Shown one piece after another: positions 1-7,745 of a stretch of 64,000 nt of DNA. Position numbers and translations under genes: made by a program. Location of the stretch: positions 444 through 64,443 of the forward strand of contig CAJBSZ010000437.1 in the NCBI GenBank assembly GCA_903958395.1. The letters are read 5' to 3'. Source of the DNA: an uncultured bacterium. Its GTDB lineage: Bacteria; Verrucomicrobiota; Kiritimatiellia; CAIKKV01; CAITUY01. The stretch's first letter is position 1, and the number at the start of each line of letters is the position of its first letter. The notes below the pieces were generated by a model. That model ran no database searches, was not told the DNA's origin, and saw only the letters and a list, made by a program, of their open reading frames with translations.

Positions 1-32
1 ATTTGTCGCCGGGGTGGGCGGATGCATGACCA

Positions 33-479
33 TCAACCATTTCCCGGATCAGTCGTCGCCGGTTCCAGGTAAAGCTCAATGGCGCTGAGATAGTCCTGGA
101 AATCGCCGAGGTGCTCCCGGAGTATCCGGTAGATATCGTCGAGATCAAGATCCCAATAGAAATGGACTATGCGATTGCGGAAACGGGCCATGGCGCGCAG
201 CTTTACGGCGAGGGCCGGTTCGATCACGAGCCCTTGTTCGAGGAGGTCGAATGCTTCCGCGTAGCTGCCGGGAACCCCGAGGTTGTCAGCCGAGCAAATA
301 TGCGTCCCAATCTCGATGGCCGCCTCGATGGCAAGTTGCAGGGCATGGAGCACGGCGTATTGTCGTTCCCGGTTTGCCTTGAATGCCTCGCCTGTGATGT
401 CCGACATGGATCGCAGGTCCCCCAGATAACGCCGGATCCGGGAGAGGCGGTCGCGGACGATTTCCCTGTCGGCGCCCAT
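33..479 (-). CDS. hepT: HepT-family (DUF86/HEPN) toxin of an MNT-HepT toxin-antitoxin pair
   Basis: 148-aa ORF. RNRIVHFY fits the HEPN R-x4-H-x-Y motif. Its start overlaps the stop of the upstream NTase ORF (TGATG at 477-481). Confidence 0.8.
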   Translation of the reverse strand: MGADREIVRDRLSRIRRYLGDLRSMSDITGEAFKANRERQYAVLHALQLAIEAAIEIGTHICSADNLGVPGSYAEAFDLLEQGLVIEPALAVKLRAMARFRNRIVHFYWDLDLDDIYRILREHLGDFQDYLSAIELYLEPATTDPGNG

Positions 480-916
480 CAGGCCGCCTCCAGTATTTTG
501 CGGCGCAACACGCGGAAAGCCTGGTCGCGTACCGGCTTGAAGTCAAGATAGCGCAGGATGGTTCGGGTCATGAAGTCGAGACGTGACCTGTCATCCCGGC
601 AATGAACGCATCGTCCATCCCGGATCACCCGGTATGCCAGCGCGACCGGCGCCTCGTTCAGAAGCACCAGGTCGATTCCATCGGTGCGCAGTTCTCGACA
701 CAGGGCGTCTTGGATTTGTCCCGCCAAATCGCCGGGCGAGGCGACATCGGATAACAATATGGCGACATCGACATCGCTCAAAGGACCTTGTTTTCCCGTT
801 GCGGCTGAGCCGAAGAGGTAACCTGCCGCCACTTCCGGGTAATGAGTCAGCACGGCCCCGATGAGGTCAGCCGTGGCTGGCACGGTGATATCGGTTTTGT
901 TCGCGTCAAAGCTCAT
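479..916 (-). CDS. mntA: MNT-type minimal nucleotidyltransferase antitoxin
   Basis: GSAATGKQGPLSDVDVAILL matches the Pol-beta NTase GS...DxD signature. Start placed at the internal ATG (MSFDANK, 914-916) rather than the track start at 979. Confidence 0.75.
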   Translation of the reverse strand: MSFDANKTDITVPATADLIGAVLTHYPEVAAGYLFGSAATGKQGPLSDVDVAILLSDVASPGDLAGQIQDALCRELRTDGIDLVLLNEAPVALAYRVIRDGRCVHCRDDRSRLDFMTRTILRYLDFKPVRDQAFRVLRRKILEAA

Positions 917-1008
917 GAAATGAAGACTCGCATGCGGCCATGGCCTTGTCAATGGGAAGTTCCGGCTGAACGGGCGCACGGCAGATTATGTTGCGAGCAA
1001 CATGCTAA

Positions 1009-1494
1009 TGCAGTGTCTCAGAAACAACTGGTGTTATCCTGGCGTATTGGAAAGATTCACCACCCGCCGAGTACGGCTATGGCCCTTACAAGAATCCGTT
1101 GATGGTCGAGGTTTTCGACGCCGACGGCCAGGCGGTGCGAAGCCAGGTCATCGGCATCGAGGACGACACGCTGTACGCCTACCTGAAATATGGGAATGCC
1201 ATCAACATCGAAGCGTCCCGGCTTACGATCGCGATCCCAGCCGAGGTGCCCGCGATGGGCTACGCCTCCTGCCGGATCGTGCCGAAGCAGGCTGCCTCGC
1301 GCCCTGTTGACAACCTGAGCCCGCAGGCGAATGTGCTCGAGAACGCCTTGCTCCGGGCCGAGATCCAGGGCGATGGAACCGTGCGATTGCTCGACAAGAC
1401 AACCGGCCGGGTGTTTGAGAACCTTCTGTTCAAAATCTTCCTCGATGATATGGCATCAGAACGTCGATTTTTCGCTCTTGGACCCTTAGCTTGA
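1009..1494 (+). pseudogene. Remnant of a GH38 alpha-mannosidase (central/C-terminal piece only)
   Basis: The open frame after the TAA at 1006-1008 reads ...NPLMVEVFDADGQAVRSQV...VPAMGYASCRIV...LENALLRAEIQGDGTVRLLDKTTGRVFENLL. This resembles the GH38 C-terminal domain pattern. There is no catalytic N-terminus, and the frame ends after about 160 codons in unrelated sequence. Confidence 0.5.
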
Positions 1495-1502
1495 TAGCTA
1501 TG

Positions 1503-1656
1503 GGTCGGCGGCCTCGCCGACCGGTGTGGTTGGGGTGAAGACGGACCGCGAGGCCGCGGTCCCTCCCGAGGAAAAGCAACGGATGATAATCACGGGCGGA
1601 TCGGCGGCTTCGCGATCCCTCGCGGTCCCGGGGGATTCCCTTTGCGCTCCGGGAAT
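1503..1656. repeat. Cluster of GC-rich hairpins (REP-like)
   Basis: GGTCGGCG-GCCT-CGCCGACC (1503-1522) and GGACCGCG-AGGC-CGCGGTCC (1543-1562), plus weaker hairpins to about 1656. The same two hairpin types recur at 50428-50501. Confidence 0.6.
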
Positions 1657-1715
1657 GGTTGTGATATCTAACCGGCTCATTTATTTGCCCAACGGCGACA
1701 AAGTGGGAGGATGTT

Positions 1716-2816
1716 TTGGATTCCAGGCAGGCGTATATTGTCTTGAATATGATGAAAGGTGTCGGACCGGTAACCGTCCGAACTCTTTCTGCAGCTCTGG
1801 GTTCTGTTGAGGCCATTCTGAAGGCCGACAAGGCAACGCTCTCGTCGGTTCAAGGGGTAAGTTCCGCAATGGTTTCGGCGATTCTCTCCCAGCGCGATGG
1901 ATTGGACCCTGATCAGGAGGAAATCAATGCCGGGGCGATTGGCGCTCGACTGGTCACGCCGCTGGATGCGGAATACCCGAAGCGGTTGCTGGAGATTTAT
2001 GACCCGCCCCTGGCATTGTATGTGCAGGGGACGATTCAGTCGCGTGATGAACTTGGTGTGGCAATCGTCGGGTCGCGCCGCACCTCGCATTATGGCATGG
2101 AGACGGCCGAGCGACTGGCGACCCAACTGGCGCAAAGCGGGGTGACGGTCATTAGCGGACTGGCCCGGGGTATTGACACCGCCGCGCATCGCGGGGCGCT
2201 TAAGGGAAAAGGGCGTACCGTGGCCGTGCTGGGGGGGGCCCTTGACTGCATGTTCCCGCCCGAAAATGCCGGGCTGGCAAAAGAGATCAGTCAGCAGGGG
2301 GCGGTCATTTCCGAGTATCCGCTCGGACGTCAGCCGGATAAGACAACGTTTCCCGTGCGTAACCGGATTGTCAGCGGGATGTCCAAGGGGGTGACGGTCG
2401 TGGAGGCCGATGTGGCCAGCGGAGCCATGATCACGGCGCATCAGGCACTCGACCAGGGCCGGACTGTGTTTGCCGTGCCCGGCCGGATTGATTCCTTTGG
2501 TTCACGTGGGCCCCATAAATTGATCAAGAACGGCGCCAAACTGGTTTCAAGCGTGGAGGATATCCTGGAGGAATTGGGATGTCTGATTCCAACGCCCGCG
2601 AAGGGTTCCGGAGTGGTGGCGGGTCGGCCGACTTTGACGGAGGCCGAAACGGCCCTGGTGGACCTGATTGCCGTAGAGCGGGAAATCGGGCTGGACACAC
2701 TGATCCGCCAGTCGGGACGGAAAGCTTCTGAAATCAGTGCGCTTTTGTTGGGATTGGAAATGAAACGTGTTGTGAAAATGTTATCCGGCCAGCGTGTCGG
2801 TTTGCGGACCTCATAA
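1716..2816 (+). CDS. dprA: DNA processing protein DprA/Smf
   Basis: 366 aa with the DprA Rossmann-like core (VAIVGSRRTSHYG...ISGLARGIDTAAH). TTG start 5 nt after GGGAGG. Confidence 0.9.
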   Translation: MDSRQAYIVLNMMKGVGPVTVRTLSAALGSVEAILKADKATLSSVQGVSSAMVSAILSQRDGLDPDQEEINAGAIGARLVTPLDAEYPKRLLEIYDPPLALYVQGTIQSRDELGVAIVGSRRTSHYGMETAERLATQLAQSGVTVISGLARGIDTAAHRGALKGKGRTVAVLGGALDCMFPPENAGLAKEISQQGAVISEYPLGRQPDKTTFPVRNRIVSGMSKGVTVVEADVASGAMITAHQALDQGRTVFAVPGRIDSFGSRGPHKLIKNGAKLVSSVEDILEELGCLIPTPAKGSGVVAGRPTLTEAETALVDLIAVEREIGLDTLIRQSGRKASEISALLLGLEMKRVVKMLSGQRVGLRTS

Positions 2817-2827
2817 GGAAAAAGCAT

Positions 2828-5344
2828 ATGGCTACAAAACTGGTAATCGTTGAGTCTCCGGCCAAGGCCAAGACCATTAATAAGATCCTGGGGAAAGACT
2901 TTATCGTCAAGGCCTCAATGGGGCATATTCGCGATCTTCCGATCCGCAGTCTCGGGGTCGACCTGGAGGGGGATTTCACCCCGCAATATGAGGTTACTCC
3001 GGAGCGCAAGAAGCTTGTCAAAGAGCTGATCGAGGCCGCCACGCAGTGTGATGCCGTCTATCTGGCGCCTGATCCGGATCGTGAGGGGGAGGCCATTGCC
3101 TGGCATCTTAAGGCGTTGCTGGAGGGGAAGATTCCCGAGGATCAGTTTTTCCGGGTGACGTATAACGAAATCACGCCCCGTGCGGTTAAGGAAGCCTTTG
3201 ATCATCCCTCTGAGATCAATCAGCAACTGGTGAATGCCCAGCAGGCGCGCCGGGTGTTGGACCGGATTGTGGGGTACAAGGTCAGCCCCCTGCTGTGGAG
3301 CAAGATCCGCCGCGGATTGAGCGCAGGCCGTGTTCAATCGGTTGCGCTCCGCCTGGTGTGCGAGCGCGAGGCGGCCATTCGGAGTTTCATTCCTGAACCG
3401 TTCTGGCTGTTCGGTGCCGAGGTTCGCAAGGAGGTTGCGCCCCGCGACCCCTTCGCCCTGAGGTTGGCCCGTATCGGCGGCGAAAAGGCTGAAGTCAAGA
3501 CGCCTGAAAAGGCGGAGGAGATCCGCAAGGGGCTTGAGGGGCGTTCCCTGCGGGTTCGGGACATCATCAAGCGCGACCTGTCCAAGCGGACATTCCCGCC
3601 GTACATCACCAGCAGCCTGCAGCAGGCGGCGTCACGAGTCTTTGATTTCTCTCCGAGCCGGGCCATGAAGATTGCCCAGAAGCTGTATGAAGGCGTGGAT
3701 CTGGGTGAGGGGCCTACCGGCTTGATCACCTATATGCGTACCGATTCCTTCAATATCGCCCAGGATGCCCTGAAGTCCTGCCGTGAGTTTATCGGCGGTC
3801 AATACGGGGCGGAGTATCTTCCCGAGAAGCCCAATTTCTTCAAGAGCCGTGGCGCTGCCCAGGAGGCCCATGAGGCCATCCGGCCCACCGAGGTGAACCG
3901 GACGCCCGAGAGTCTTGTTAGCAAGCTTTCTCCTGATGAGTTCAAGTTGTACTCGCTGATCTGGCAGCGATTTGTCGCCAGCCAGATGGCGCCCGCCCGC
4001 ATTGAGCAGAAAACCATTGAAGTGGAAACCACCGGTAGCAAGGGGGAGACTCCCGATTACCTTTTCCGCGCAACGGCCTCACAGGTGGTATTCCCGGGAT
4101 ATATGAAAGTCAGCGGGATGCAGAAGAAGATCAAGGAGAAGGATCAGGCTGACAAGGAGGACGGTGCGGAGGAGGATGCCGAGGTTGACCAGCTCCCCCC
4201 GCTGGCGATCGGCGAAGCGCTTGAGTTGATCAAGTGGCTTGAGGAGCGCAAGGAAACCCAGCCGCCGGGCAGGTTCAGCGAGGCCTCGCTGATCAAGGCG
4301 CTGGAGGAAAACGGAGTCGGACGTCCCAGCACGTATGCCTCGACGATCGGGACCTTGTATGACCGGCGCTATGTGGCTAAGGAGAAGAAGGCCGTCCAGC
4401 CGACGGAGCTTGGTCTGAAAGTGAATGCCTTTCTGGTGACGCATCTGGACGAGTTGTTCGGGGTGAAATTCACCGCCGGTATGGAGGAATTGTTGGACGA
4501 AATCGAGGAAGGCAAGGTTGAGTGGACCACCATGCTTCGTGACTTCTACACCCGCTTCCAGGCGTGGATGGTGCTGGCCAAGGGACCGCCCGCCGACCCC
4601 GCCAAGGTGGCTCAGATTCTTGCCTCGCTTTCGCATGTCAGCGCGTGGGGCCCCGAGACGAAGCGTGGACGCCGGACTTATAGCGATAAGAAATTTTCAG
4701 ATTCGATCCAGGAACAGCTGGAGGAAGGCCAAAAAGCGCTCTCCATGCGGCAGATGGAGTCTGTGGGGCGCATTGCACTTCGGTATCGGGAGCAGATCCC
4801 GGATGTCGAGCACATGATCAAAGCCGTCGGTCTTGGCGCACTTCTGGAGGAGACGCCTGATCAACCGCCTTCCCCTGAAACGCTTGCCAAACTGGGTCTG
4901 CTCAAGGGCTTGGAGTTTGATCCGGCGACTGAACGGCGCGGTCGGAAATTCGACGATAAATCGTTTGTCGAGTCCCTGCAGCGGCGGGCCGATCAGAATC
5001 GCGAATTGTCACCCGCCCAGCTTCAGGTTCTGAACCGGATGGTGCTGAAATATTCGGAACGTATTCCCGACTTCGAGGCGAAGCAGCCCGGCCTGGGTCT
5101 TGATCAGGGGCCGCAGGTGGAGGATCCCGAGTGCGAGGCGCTTCTGAACCAGCTCAAGCCGGTGACGGAGTGGAAAGAGGCGGTCGCCAAGGGCGGTAAG
5201 ACCTTCGACGACAAAACTTTCTTTGAGTCGTTGTCGCGGCAATACACCCAGCGAAAATCCCTGACCCCGCGCCAGAAATCGGCGCTTAAACGCATGGTGA
5301 AAAAGTATGCGGCCCCCGAACCCCAAGCAGAATCCGACGGCTGA
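2828..5344 (+). CDS. topA: DNA topoisomerase I with an atypical repeat-containing C-terminus
   Basis: Toprim start MATKLVIVESPAKAKTI, DPDREGE, and active-site region ITYMRTDS. The last roughly 245 aa lack Cys4 zinc ribbons. Confidence 0.95.
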   Translation: MATKLVIVESPAKAKTINKILGKDFIVKASMGHIRDLPIRSLGVDLEGDFTPQYEVTPERKKLVKELIEAATQCDAVYLAPDPDREGEAIAWHLKALLEGKIPEDQFFRVTYNEITPRAVKEAFDHPSEINQQLVNAQQARRVLDRIVGYKVSPLLWSKIRRGLSAGRVQSVALRLVCEREAAIRSFIPEPFWLFGAEVRKEVAPRDPFALRLARIGGEKAEVKTPEKAEEIRKGLEGRSLRVRDIIKRDLSKRTFPPYITSSLQQAASRVFDFSPSRAMKIAQKLYEGVDLGEGPTGLITYMRTDSFNIAQDALKSCREFIGGQYGAEYLPEKPNFFKSRGAAQEAHEAIRPTEVNRTPESLVSKLSPDEFKLYSLIWQRFVASQMAPARIEQKTIEVETTGSKGETPDYLFRATASQVVFPGYMKVSGMQKKIKEKDQADKEDGAEEDAEVDQLPPLAIGEALELIKWLEERKETQPPGRFSEASLIKALEENGVGRPSTYASTIGTLYDRRYVAKEKKAVQPTELGLKVNAFLVTHLDELFGVKFTAGMEELLDEIEEGKVEWTTMLRDFYTRFQAWMVLAKGPPADPAKVAQILASLSHVSAWGPETKRGRRTYSDKKFSDSIQEQLEEGQKALSMRQMESVGRIALRYREQIPDVEHMIKAVGLGALLEETPDQPPSPETLAKLGLLKGLEFDPATERRGRKFDDKSFVESLQRRADQNRELSPAQLQVLNRMVLKYSERIPDFEAKQPGLGLDQGPQVEDPECEALLNQLKPVTEWKEAVAKGGKTFDDKTFFESLSRQYTQRKSLTPRQKSALKRMVKKYAAPEPQAESDG

Positions 5345-5405
5345 CGCCCCGGACATTCCCAGCCCCAATGTTCCCGCGCCGGGTGGCGCCGGGAAGGGCG
5401 GGGCC

Positions 5406-6371
5406 ATGATGACCGACGACGCCTGCGTATCGCAGTTTGTTGCGCATCTGGCGCATGAACGGAATGCCTCGCCGCATACCGTGGCGGGATATCTGATGGA
5501 TATTTCGCAATTTGTGAGGTTTACCTGGTCAGGTGACACGTTGCCCCCTTACGACTGGGCCTCGGTTGATCGCTTCAAGGCGCGTGCCTTTTTGGTGGAT
5601 TTCCAGAAACGTGGTAGTGAAGCCACAACGACATCTCGAAAACTGTCCAGCTTGCGCGCATTCTATAAGTTCATGGAGCGGGAGGGCATGACCGGCCTTA
5701 ATCCGTTTTCCGGGCTGAAGGCCCCCAAGCGGGCCAGGAAGCTTCCCCTTTTCCTGTCCCCGGCTGAAGTGACCCGGCTTCTTGCGGCTCCGATGACGCT
5801 CTGGAAGCAAGCTGAGCCCCCCAAAAAAGAGCGGGAGCGGATGCTGGCGGAATACTGTGCGCTCCGCGATGCCGCCATGTTGGAGGCGCTTTATAGCACG
5901 GGAGGCCGTGTTACCGAGGTTGCCAGTCTGGTGGAGCCCCAGGTCGATCTGCTGAGCGGAATGGTTCAGGTTCGCGGTAAAGGTAAAAAGGAGCGGCTTT
6001 GCGCCCTGGGTCGCCCGGCCTGTAAGGCTTTGAAGGTGTCACTGACCCTTCGGAATCTTCTCTGGCCTGAGGTCGAGCGCCGCCGGCCTTCTGACCGGTC
6101 TCTTTTTCTTAATGTTCGGGGAAGCCGCCTTACAACGCGATCCGTGGAGCGTCTCTTGAAGAAATATCTGGCATCAGCCAGCCTGAATCCTGATATTTCG
6201 CCTCATGCCCTGCGACATTCCTTCGCCACCCATATGCTGGATGCGGGTGCGGATTTGCGAAGCGTACAGGAATTGCTGGGACACGCCAGCTTGTCCACCA
6301 CGCAGATTTACACGCATGTCACGGTTGAAAAACTTAAAAAAGTCTATCATGATGCTCATCCGAGGGCCTGA
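5406..6371 (+). CDS. XerC/XerD-family tyrosine recombinase
   Basis: C-terminal HALRHSFATHML...GHASLSTTQIYTHV (R-H-R-Y catalytic set). Start moved to the internal ATG (MMTDD) to avoid overlapping the topA 3' end. Confidence 0.85.
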   Translation: MMTDDACVSQFVAHLAHERNASPHTVAGYLMDISQFVRFTWSGDTLPPYDWASVDRFKARAFLVDFQKRGSEATTTSRKLSSLRAFYKFMEREGMTGLNPFSGLKAPKRARKLPLFLSPAEVTRLLAAPMTLWKQAEPPKKERERMLAEYCALRDAAMLEALYSTGGRVTEVASLVEPQVDLLSGMVQVRGKGKKERLCALGRPACKALKVSLTLRNLLWPEVERRRPSDRSLFLNVRGSRLTTRSVERLLKKYLASASLNPDISPHALRHSFATHMLDAGADLRSVQELLGHASLSTTQIYTHVTVEKLKKVYHDAHPRA

Positions 6372-6376
6372 CACCC

Positions 6377-7675
6377 ATGATCTGGATTCTCTACAATTTA
6401 TGTTTCCCTGTTATTTTGCTGTTGATGTTGCCCTATTTCCTGTTCCGGATGTGCCGACGGGGCGGTTATGCGAAGGGTTTCCTGCAGCGGGTGGGATGGC
6501 ATGATGCGGCGCTGAAGGCGAAAATCAGGGAGCGACCGCGCGTCTGGATCCATGCCGTGAGTGTGGGTGAAACCTATGTAGCCCTGCGATTTATGGAGGA
6601 ATGGCGCCGGGTTCAGCCGGAGGTGGCGTTTGTGATGAGCGTCAACACTTCGACGGCGCGTGTTTTAGCTGAAAAGTCGCTGAATCCTGAGGATGCGCTC
6701 GTGTATTTCCCCCTGGATTTTCTGCCGGCTGTCCGCCGTGTCCTGAATTTGATCCGGCCAGTCATGCTGGTGCTGACGGAGTGTGAGTTCTGGCCCAACC
6801 TGATCCGCCAGGCCAAGGTTCGAAATTGCCCGGTGTTATTGATCAACGGACGGATGTCGGATCGTTCCTTTCGGGGGTACTCGCGGTTCAGTTGGCTTTT
6901 CTCGCCCGTTCTGAGGTTGGTGGACTGCCTCTGCGTCCAGGGTGATCGCGACCGGCAACGCTATCTGGCCCTGGGTGTGGCTCCGGAATGTGTTCTGGTG
7001 ACTGGCAGCGCAAAATATGATGTGGCGCTAAAGGATCCGGGGAGTTCGGAGCAGGCGGCGCTGATTCTCAAAACGGCGGGGATGTCGGCGACCGACCTGA
7101 TTTTGCTGGGTGGCTCCACCTGGCCCGGTGAGGAGGATGCCCTTCTGGATTATTTCACGGAAGCCCGCCAGCGTCATCCCGGGTTGAAACTGGTTCTGGT
7201 TCCCCGCCACGCGGAGCGGCGCGAGGAGGTGGTGGGGGCTATTCAGCGGCGGGGGCTGCTGTTTATCCAGAGGAGTACGGGAAGGACGGAGCAGGAGCAC
7301 GCGTGTCCGGATGTGCTTCTGGTTGACACCACCGGTGAATTAAAACACCTGTATACGGCGGCTACGGTGATTTTTGTAGGAAAAAGTCTGATCCAGCATG
7401 GCGGTCAGAACATCATTGAGCCGGCGGCATGCGGCAAGCCCGTTGTGGTCGGGCCCAACATGGAGAACTTCGCCGACATCACCGATGAATTCATGGCCGG
7501 GGGTGGCCTGATTCAGGTTGCTGATGGTGCGGGCCTGGTGCGGGCGCTTGACGAACTCCTCGACGATGCTTCCCGGCGGGCGGATATTGGAAATCGTGCG
7601 ATGGCCCTCGTGCTGAAGAACTGCGGTAGCCTCACCATTACCGTTCAACGGGCAAAACAGCTTTCACCCCTGTGA
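6377..7675 (+). CDS. waaA: 3-deoxy-D-manno-octulosonic acid (Kdo) transferase
   Basis: 432 aa with an N-terminal membrane anchor, the VWIHAVSVGE motif and a GT30-like C-terminal half. Confidence 0.9.
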   Translation: MIWILYNLCFPVILLLMLPYFLFRMCRRGGYAKGFLQRVGWHDAALKAKIRERPRVWIHAVSVGETYVALRFMEEWRRVQPEVAFVMSVNTSTARVLAEKSLNPEDALVYFPLDFLPAVRRVLNLIRPVMLVLTECEFWPNLIRQAKVRNCPVLLINGRMSDRSFRGYSRFSWLFSPVLRLVDCLCVQGDRDRQRYLALGVAPECVLVTGSAKYDVALKDPGSSEQAALILKTAGMSATDLILLGGSTWPGEEDALLDYFTEARQRHPGLKLVLVPRHAERREEVVGAIQRRGLLFIQRSTGRTEQEHACPDVLLVDTTGELKHLYTAATVIFVGKSLIQHGGQNIIEPAACGKPVVVGPNMENFADITDEFMAGGGLIQVADGAGLVRALDELLDDASRRADIGNRAMALVLKNCGSLTITVQRAKQLSPL

Positions 7676-7683
7676 GGGGGCAC

Positions 7684-7712
7684 TTGACGGAAGCCGCATT
7701 AGAGAGTATTTT
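7684..7712 (+). promoter_or_regulatory. Candidate sigma70-type promoter for the histidine kinase gene
   Basis: TTGACG (7684-7689), 17-nt spacer, TATTTT (7707-7712), in the gap after the waaA stop. Confidence 0.3.
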
Positions 7713-7745
7713 TGCATGTGATAGTGTGTGTGTGGGGGGACGACG

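Noticed and set aside
1677-2441. 254-aa minus-strand ORF. The same applies to 14338-15294, 15471-16190, 17258-17959, 34179-35252, 36189-36905, 38421-39149 and 58515-59336.
   Set aside because: They are antisense to dprA, the oxidoreductase subunits, guaB, carB, trpE and the GxGYxYP gene respectively. None has a recognisable motif.
5406-6371. Tyrosine recombinase as a possible integrase of a mobile element
   Set aside because: It sits in the conserved dprA-topA-xer housekeeping context, with no att-like repeats, tRNA or phage/IS genes nearby. It is most likely the chromosome dimer resolvase.
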